A DNA stretch of 35,677 nucleotides from the IMG/VR virus record IMGVR_UViG_3300032218_000309, positions 1 through 35,677 of that record. One strand, 5' to 3'. Positions 27,868-35,677 of the stretch are shown piece by piece; position 1 is the stretch's first letter; every line of letters starts with the position of its first letter. Made by a program: the position numbers and the translations under genes. Source of the stretch: a virus (Duplodnaviria; Caudoviricetes). The notes beneath the pieces are model-generated. The model searched no databases, was not told the DNA's origin, and saw only the letters and a program-made list of their open reading frames with translations.

Positions 27868-29010
27868 ATGAGTGAAAAAATGACGTTCCATATCCTAGGT
27901 CTGCCTCATACGGTAACATCTAAAGAATATGTAGCTTGTGCCTACACGCAGAAGGTGTGGAAGTTTGGTAAGATGATGACAGAACGTGGCCATAAAGTAA
28001 TACACTATGGTCATGAAGAATCTGATGTACCATGTACCGAACACGTGACAGTCACTACTAATAAAGACCTAGAGATTGCTTATGGTAACTATGATTGGCG
28101 TAAGAACTTCTTTAAGTTTTCTACAGGCGACCATGCTTATCAAGAGTTTTATAAGAACGCAATTCGTGAAGTTGGTCTTCGTAAACAACCAAAAGATTTC
28201 ATTCTTCCATTTTGGGGATCAGGTACACGACCAGTATGTGATGCTCATCCTGATTTAATCACTGTAGAACCTGGTATTGGTTATGCTGGTGGTCATTGGG
28301 CTAGATTTAAAATCTTTGAATCATATGCTATCATGCATGCTTACTATGGTTTAACTGCCGTAGGTACTTGTAAGAATAACTTCTATGATGTTGTTATCCC
28401 TAACTACTTTGATCCTGATGACTTTACCTTTGCACCAGAAACTAAAGAAGATTACTTTCTATTTTTAGGCCGAGTTTATGCCGGCAAAGGTGTAGATATT
28501 GCTGTTCAAGTCACAGAGAAGATTGGCGTTAAACTCAAGATTGCTGGTCAAAATCCAGATAACACAAAGTTTCCACCACATGTTGAGTTCGTTGGTTATG
28601 CTGACGTAGAGAAACGTAGAGAACTTATGTCTAAAGCTAAAGCATCATTTGTATGTTCAATGTATGTCGAACCATTTGGTGGTGTTCAAGTTGAAAATCT
28701 ATTTTCTGGTACACCAACAATTACTACAGATTGGGGTTCATTCACTGAAAACAATATTCATGGTGTAACTGGTTATCGTTGCAGAACTTTTGAAGAATTC
28801 TGCTGGGCTGCCAAGAATGTTGATAAGATTAAACCACAAGATTGTAGAGATTGGGCTATGAATTTCTCACTCGACAAAGTGGCAAAAATGTATGAAGAAT
28901 ACTTTCAAGCTGTATTGAACATACATGGTAAACAAGGTTGGTATGAGCCTAATCCGGATAGAACTGATTTGAACTATGCTAGAAAATTATATCCTGGAAC
29001 TCAATTATAA
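27868..29010 (+). CDS. GT4 family (GT-B) glycosyltransferase
   Basis: [40 protein letters not shown] (E-x7-E) and [10 protein letters not shown] motifs. Confidence 0.9.
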   Translation: MSEKMTFHILGLPHTVTSKEYVACAYTQKVWKFGKMMTERGHKVIHYGHEESDVPCTEHVTVTTNKDLEIAYGNYDWRKNFFKFSTGDHAYQEFYKNAIREVGLRKQPKDFILPFWGSGTRPVCDAHPDLITVEPGIGYAGGHWARFKIFESYAIMHAYYGLTAVGTCKNNFYDVVIPNYFDPDDFTFAPETKEDYFLFLGRVYAGKGVDIAVQVTEKIGVKLKIAGQNPDNTKFPPHVEFVGYADVEKRRELMSKAKASFVCSMYVEPFGGVQVENLFSGTPTITTDWGSFTENNIHGVTGYRCRTFEEFCWAAKNVDKIKPQDCRDWAMNFSLDKVAKMYEEYFQAVLNIHGKQGWYEPNPDRTDLNYARKLYPGTQL

Positions 29011-29023
29011 GACATATTTTTCA

Positions 29024-29031
29024 TATAAATA
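29024..29031 (+). promoter_or_regulatory. Consensus T4 late promoter TATAAATA
   Basis: Exact match in the intergenic gap, 35 nt before the next ATG. Confidence 0.8.
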
Positions 29032-29066
29032 CAACCATATAAAAATCATTTAATTGAGTAAAGTAT

Positions 29067-29414
29067 ATGGCAACCGGATACCAAGAACTCTTCCTAGAAA
29101 AAGGCGCAACATTTAATGTAACAATTACGTTAGATGCCGTCAATAACGTACCTTTTAATCTCACAGATTATTCTGCGAACTCCCAAATAAGAACTTCTTA
29201 TTATTCATCAAATGCGATTGCAACTTTCACTACTTCAACCGGAGATGATCCGACTAGAGGTCGAGTTACTTTAAGTCTAACATACCAACAAACAGCTAAT
29301 ATAGCACCAGGAAGATACCTTTACGATATCTATATTTCTAATAATGTAGATACTTATCGATCAAGAGTTGTAGAAGGTATTGTAAATGTTACTCCTTCTG
29401 TTACTGTATTTTAA
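29067..29414 (+). CDS. Small beta-sandwich virion structural/adaptor protein (BppU-N/LtfC-like)
   Basis: L.LE.GATF...ITL......NLT.Y...SQIR...G.V.LSLT..QT..I..GRY.YD......RVVEG.V.V.P.VT pattern, common before fibre genes in T4-like phages. Confidence 0.7.
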   Translation: MATGYQELFLEKGATFNVTITLDAVNNVPFNLTDYSANSQIRTSYYSSNAIATFTTSTGDDPTRGRVTLSLTYQQTANIAPGRYLYDIYISNNVDTYRSRVVEGIVNVTPSVTVF

Positions 29415-29430
29415 AGAATAGGTAAAATTA

Positions 29431-31038
29431 ATGCCTACCGTAATTAGCAATGATTTATACAACGTAAATACGATACAGTATGGTGGCGGTCCACCTGGTG
29501 CTACAGGTCCGGCTGGCACTGCCGTTGGATTTGCTGAATGGCAACCAGGTCCAGCAACATATAATCAATACAGTATAGTTTCATATGAAGGCATTTTATA
29601 TTATTGGATAAGTGCTGATGTTGGAAATTCTGGTAGTCCTCCACCAGATGATCCTGTTAGATGGGAATTAGTTGTAGGTGGTATTGGTGCTACAGGTGCA
29701 GCTTCAACTGTTCCAGGAGCTACAGGTCTTTCTGGTGCTACTGGTGTTGGTTTAACTGGTGCAACTGGTGCAGCTTCAACTGTTGCAGGAGCTACAGGTC
29801 TATCAGGTGCTAGTGGTATAGGTGCAACAGGCGTAGGTCAAACTGGTGCAACCGGTGTGAGTGGATCAGATGTTTCTGTAGCAAATGTATTTTATGTATC
29901 TAAAAGTGGTAGTGATTCAAACGATGGCACATCATTAGGTCAATCTTTTCTTACTATAAAAGCTGCATGTGCAGTTGCAACATCAGGTTCAACCATATTT
30001 GTTAAAAGTGGAACTTATACTGAAAATAATCCTATAAAATTACCTGCAAATGTAGCTCTCGTAGGTGATAATTTAAGAACTACTACAATTCTGCCAACAA
30101 ACACTACGCAAGATATATTATGGGTAAATAATGGTAGTTATGTTACAGGATTTACTTTTAAAAATCATATAAGTGGTGCTGCAGCAATTGCATATGCATC
30201 CGATGGTTCTTCCAATCCACAATTCATAACAAAAAGTCCATACATTCAGAATTGCACATCACAAACCACTACAGGTAAAGGTATGTATATAGATGGATCA
30301 AAAGTTCTTGGATTAAAATCTATGGTGACTGATTCATACACACAATTTAATCAAGGTGGTATGGGTGTGCATATAGATAATGAAGGATATGCTCAACTAG
30401 TTTCTATATTTACTATATGCACAAATATAGGAGTATATGCTACTAATGGTGGTACATGTTCTATCACAAATTCTAATGCATCATTTGGTACATATGGTCT
30501 TTGGGCAGATGGTCATGGTCCACTAATACAAACTGCTGCGAGTGACGGTGTAGATCAATCTGGCACTACAATAAATATAAAGAATTTAACTTATAAACCT
30601 AATGTTGGTGATGGTATAACCTTTGATGACGGGACTACGTGGTATACGATTGCTACGGCAACAGCACTTGATGCAGGAAAATCTTCAATAGTCTTACTTG
30701 AAACTATTAGAGATGTTAATGGCATACCCGATAATACAACGACTAAATTTTATAAAAGAAGTACCATATCAACATCAGGTCATACAATGGAATATGTTGG
30801 TTCAGGTGATAATATAGCTACAGCTTTACCTCAAGTTGGTGGTATTCCTATACCAGAAAATCAAACTAAAGAGACGAATGGTGGATCAGTAATATTTACA
30901 ACCACTGATGAACAAGGCAATTTTAGGATTGGCCAAGGACTTATAATTAATAGATTAGATGGAATTATTACAGGTGATTCATTTAATAAATCACTGTTTT
31001 CTATCTTAACTCCATACATACTAGCAATAGAAGGATAA
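29431..31038 (+). CDS. Fibre/tailspike-like protein: CBM5/12-like module, collagen-like repeats and a pectin-lyase-like beta-helix
   Basis: EWQPG..YNQYSIVSYEG.LY...P....RWE module, GATG repeats, and NVFYVSKSGSDSNDG....FLTIKAA....GSTIFVKSGTYTE.NPI.LP.NV.LVGDNLR. Confidence 0.7.
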   Translation: MPTVISNDLYNVNTIQYGGGPPGATGPAGTAVGFAEWQPGPATYNQYSIVSYEGILYYWISADVGNSGSPPPDDPVRWELVVGGIGATGAASTVPGATGLSGATGVGLTGATGAASTVAGATGLSGASGIGATGVGQTGATGVSGSDVSVANVFYVSKSGSDSNDGTSLGQSFLTIKAACAVATSGSTIFVKSGTYTENNPIKLPANVALVGDNLRTTTILPTNTTQDILWVNNGSYVTGFTFKNHISGAAAIAYASDGSSNPQFITKSPYIQNCTSQTTTGKGMYIDGSKVLGLKSMVTDSYTQFNQGGMGVHIDNEGYAQLVSIFTICTNIGVYATNGGTCSITNSNASFGTYGLWADGHGPLIQTAASDGVDQSGTTINIKNLTYKPNVGDGITFDDGTTWYTIATATALDAGKSSIVLLETIRDVNGIPDNTTTKFYKRSTISTSGHTMEYVGSGDNIATALPQVGGIPIPENQTKETNGGSVIFTTTDEQGNFRIGQGLIINRLDGIITGDSFNKSLFSILTPYILAIEG

Positions 31039-31042
31039 TAAA

Positions 31043-31375
31043 ATGTCATTACCATTAAATGTATTTAAAACAAAAACAGCAGATTTAACTATCTATGATA
31101 CAGATATCTATACTGCTCCAACAGGTAAATCAAGTATATTGTTATTGGCACAAATATCCAATATCACCAATACTACTGGTAATGTAACTGTGTCTCATAA
31201 ATATAGTGGTACTACAACAGAATTGGTTAAAGAGTTTTATATTCCCGGTAATGATTCAGCTTCCGCATTGACTGGAAAATTAGTATTAGAAGAAGGTCAT
31301 AAATTATCTGTATCCGCAAGTAGTAATAATAAATTTAAAATTACACTAAGTATATTGGAATCAGTGAATGGCTAA
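31043..31375 (+). CDS. Small virion structural protein (beta-sandwich)
   Basis: LNVFKT.T...IYTAP.G..SI.LLAQISN...GKLVLE.G..L...LSILE pattern, seen in fibre-associated proteins of cyanophage-like viruses. Confidence 0.6.
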   Translation: MSLPLNVFKTKTADLTIYDTDIYTAPTGKSSILLLAQISNITNTTGNVTVSHKYSGTTTELVKEFYIPGNDSASALTGKLVLEEGHKLSVSASSNNKFKITLSILESVNG

Positions 31376-32111
31376 AATACTATCAGGTAAAGTTAAAAAA
31401 ATACCGTCTACTGAAGTATCAGACGATAGATATAACTTTATACAACTTTCTGAAACAGAACCAGATTTAGGTGTACCTAGTTCTAATGGATATGTGTTAT
31501 CATCAGACACAAATGGCAATAGACAATGGGTTGAATTACAATCTTCTACTGTAACATTTACAACATCATCAACAGATCAAGTTGTCGTAGAAACAATCAA
31601 TGCATCAACACAAAGAAGTGTCAAGTTTGAAATGCAAGCAAACACATCTTCACAATTTCAAGCATCAGAATTGAGATTATTAGTTGATTTACCTAACATA
31701 TATTTAACTGAATATGGTTCAATAGGTGAATCACTAGGCACATTTCAAACATATTACTCTCCAGCATCTAATGATTATTCTTCACCTTATATTAATAATG
31801 GTGGACTCTCTGTATGGAATGGAACAACATTGACCATTTACACAATTCATAATGAAGTCATTCAAGGATTATTTTCAATGTATGCTGGTGATACATTTAC
31901 TTTTAATGGTGGGGCTGCAACCGCCACATTAAGTTCAGTATTTACAGAAGTTTCTACTGGAATTTATGAGGCAACTACAGCTGAGAATAGATCACCTCCA
32001 TTATTATTATCAAGAATACAATGGACAGGAACTGGTAATATTGAATTAAGATATACACCATTTAATGCGGTAACAATACTAAGATATATTAAAACAGAGA
32101 TATCTGTTTAA
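31368..32111 (+). CDS. Fibre-associated structural protein
   Basis: N-terminal SGKVK...DRY.F.QL...EPDLG.P. C-terminal RSVKF.MQ......QASEL........YLTEYG domain is related to the C-terminus of the 32174 gene. Confidence 0.6.
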   Translation: MAKILSGKVKKIPSTEVSDDRYNFIQLSETEPDLGVPSSNGYVLSSDTNGNRQWVELQSSTVTFTTSSTDQVVVETINASTQRSVKFEMQANTSSQFQASELRLLVDLPNIYLTEYGSIGESLGTFQTYYSPASNDYSSPYINNGGLSVWNGTTLTIYTIHNEVIQGLFSMYAGDTFTFNGGAATATLSSVFTEVSTGIYEATTAENRSPPLLLSRIQWTGTGNIELRYTPFNAVTILRYIKTEISV

Positions 32112-32123
32112 CAATTTTTTTTT

Positions 32124-32131
32124 CATAAATA
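32124..32131 (+). promoter_or_regulatory. T4-type late promoter CATAAATA
   Basis: Intergenic after a T9 run, 42 nt before a GTG start with AAGGAG SD. Confidence 0.75.
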
Positions 32132-32173
32132 GAACATAGCAAGAGCACAAAATACCATCAAGGAGATAACACT

Positions 32174-34477
<2,304 letters not shown>

Positions 34478-34518
34478 TATAATAAAAATAAAACAAAAAT
34501 AATCTAGGGAGATTACTT

Positions 34519-35677
34519 GTGTCACTACCAACGAATGATATAAAATTTAATGTAACGAATGGCCTGGCGGTAGGTGCTTCTGGCATACAAGTAATTAATA
34601 CATCAGCTGAATGGGTTGGTAATTCAGGTCCTGGTGAAAGTCCTTATGGTGCTACAGGTCCAGATGGTGTTCAAGGTGCTGATGGTGCTTCAGGTGTTAA
34701 TGGTGCTTCAGGTGTAACAGGTCGAGACGGGGCAACAGGTATTGATGGTGTTCGTGCAGAAGATGGCGCTTCAGGTGCTGATGGTCTACAAGGCGCTACA
34801 GGTCCTCTTGGTGCCATAAAACTCCAAGAGGGTTATGAATGGACTGCTGGTCAATTATCATGGAGAGGTAATGCATATGCAGGTGGAGTATCACCTTCAG
34901 TAAATAGATTAGAATTCCTCCAATCGGATCCTATTTACTCATATTTAAATGCATTATCTTCTGGCACTTCATTAGTCATAGATTGGCCCACATCATCAAT
35001 CTTACAAACAGTTACCACTATTGGAACTATTCAAGCTCCAACAGCATATACTGGCGGAAGACATTATTTACAAGTGAGTGGATATCCTGGTGGTGCAGCT
35101 GGTGGAGTCGATTCATCAGATTCAGCTGACGTATTAATGATTGGCACAGGTCCACGAAATCAAGGTATTCGTGGTATTGCTGGCTCAGATGGTGCTTCAG
35201 GTGAAACAGGTGTTATAGGTACTGATGGTGCTACTGGTGCACAAGGTACAGATGGAACTAGTGCTGGTGAAACTATATACAGATTTCCAAATTGGAATAA
35301 CTTATACTATGTAGGTTCTACTTCAAGTACTTATGGTTCAGCAATACTTGCATTCCATCCAGCAAATTCGTATATCTATGATGCATTAGCGGCTCTTCAA
35401 GTTGGTGATTCAATCACTATAGATTATACAGGTTCAGGTCAATCATCTCCACAAACTGTGACTGTTACAGAAGCAATTACTTCTGATGGCTTGTTTAATC
35501 CATATAAGATTAAAGTAAGTGCTAGCCCAAATAATGATCCAATGGCTGTGCTTAATGGCACAAATAACACAGACAGTATTACACTCCCTGGTACTGGTCC
35601 AACAAATACGGGTATCTCAGGTTCAACTGGTGCTACAGGTGCACAAGGTTCTGATGGTAACGCAGGCTTTGATGCAG
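34519..35677 (+). CDS. Second collagen-like fibre protein (partial; paralogue of the 32174 gene)
   Basis: Not in the ORF track. GTG at 34519 after a GGGAGA SD gives MSLPTNDIKFNVTNGLAVGASGIQVINTSAEWVG...GATGPDGVQGADGASG, open to the edge. Confidence 0.85.
   Translation, partial: MSLPTNDIKFNVTNGLAVGASGIQVINTSAEWVGNSGPGESPYGATGPDGVQGADGASGVNGASGVTGRDGATGIDGVRAEDGASGADGLQGATGPLGAIKLQEGYEWTAGQLSWRGNAYAGGVSPSVNRLEFLQSDPIYSYLNALSSGTSLVIDWPTSSILQTVTTIGTIQAPTAYTGGRHYLQVSGYPGGAAGGVDSSDSADVLMIGTGPRNQGIRGIAGSDGASGETGVIGTDGATGAQGTDGTSAGETIYRFPNWNNLYYVGSTSSTYGSAILAFHPANSYIYDALAALQVGDSITIDYTGSGQSSPQTVTVTEAITSDGLFNPYKIKVSASPNNDPMAVLNGTNNTDSITLPGTGPTNTGISGSTGATGAQGSDGNAGFDA

Noticed and set aside
24958-29010. 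T4-type DNA glucosylation (alpha/beta-gt) locus
   Set aside because: No recognisable resemblance to T4 agt/bgt and no nucleotide-modification genes nearby, and the context is virion fibres. Disfavoured but not strictly excluded.
30570-30577. AATAAATA inside the 535-aa gene
   Set aside because: Far from any start codon and expected by chance in AT-rich coding DNA.
32112-32123. Rho-independent terminator at the T9 run
   Set aside because: No GC-rich hairpin precedes it. I found no convincing terminators in the window.

Overview
AT-rich fragment of a T4-like myophage genome covering the tail/baseplate morphogenesis module. It is most like uncultured aquatic or cyanophage-type T4 relatives, and the host cannot be determined from this window. 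On the minus strand are partial gp2 (DNA end protector) and gp4 (head completion). Divergently on the plus strand are gp48, gp53, a baseplate hub, gp5 with a C-terminal GH19 muramidase, gp25, gp6, gp7, an inserted fibre gene, gp8, a 2331-aa VrlC/DUF4815-like structural protein and a long fibre with an S74 chaperone. A four-gene sugar-modification cassette follows (GT2+WlaTC/HtrL fusion, GT-A-like protein, SAM methyltransferase, GT4). It is preceded by a perfect sigma70 promoter hidden in the upstream CDS and by a T4-type late promoter. Directly downstream are an adaptor gene and several Thr/Ser-rich, Pro-poor collagen-like fibre genes. The best candidate for an undescribed system is phage-encoded glycosylation and methylation of its own collagen or other fibres. 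All product calls come from motif recognition and gene order only; no database searches were run.
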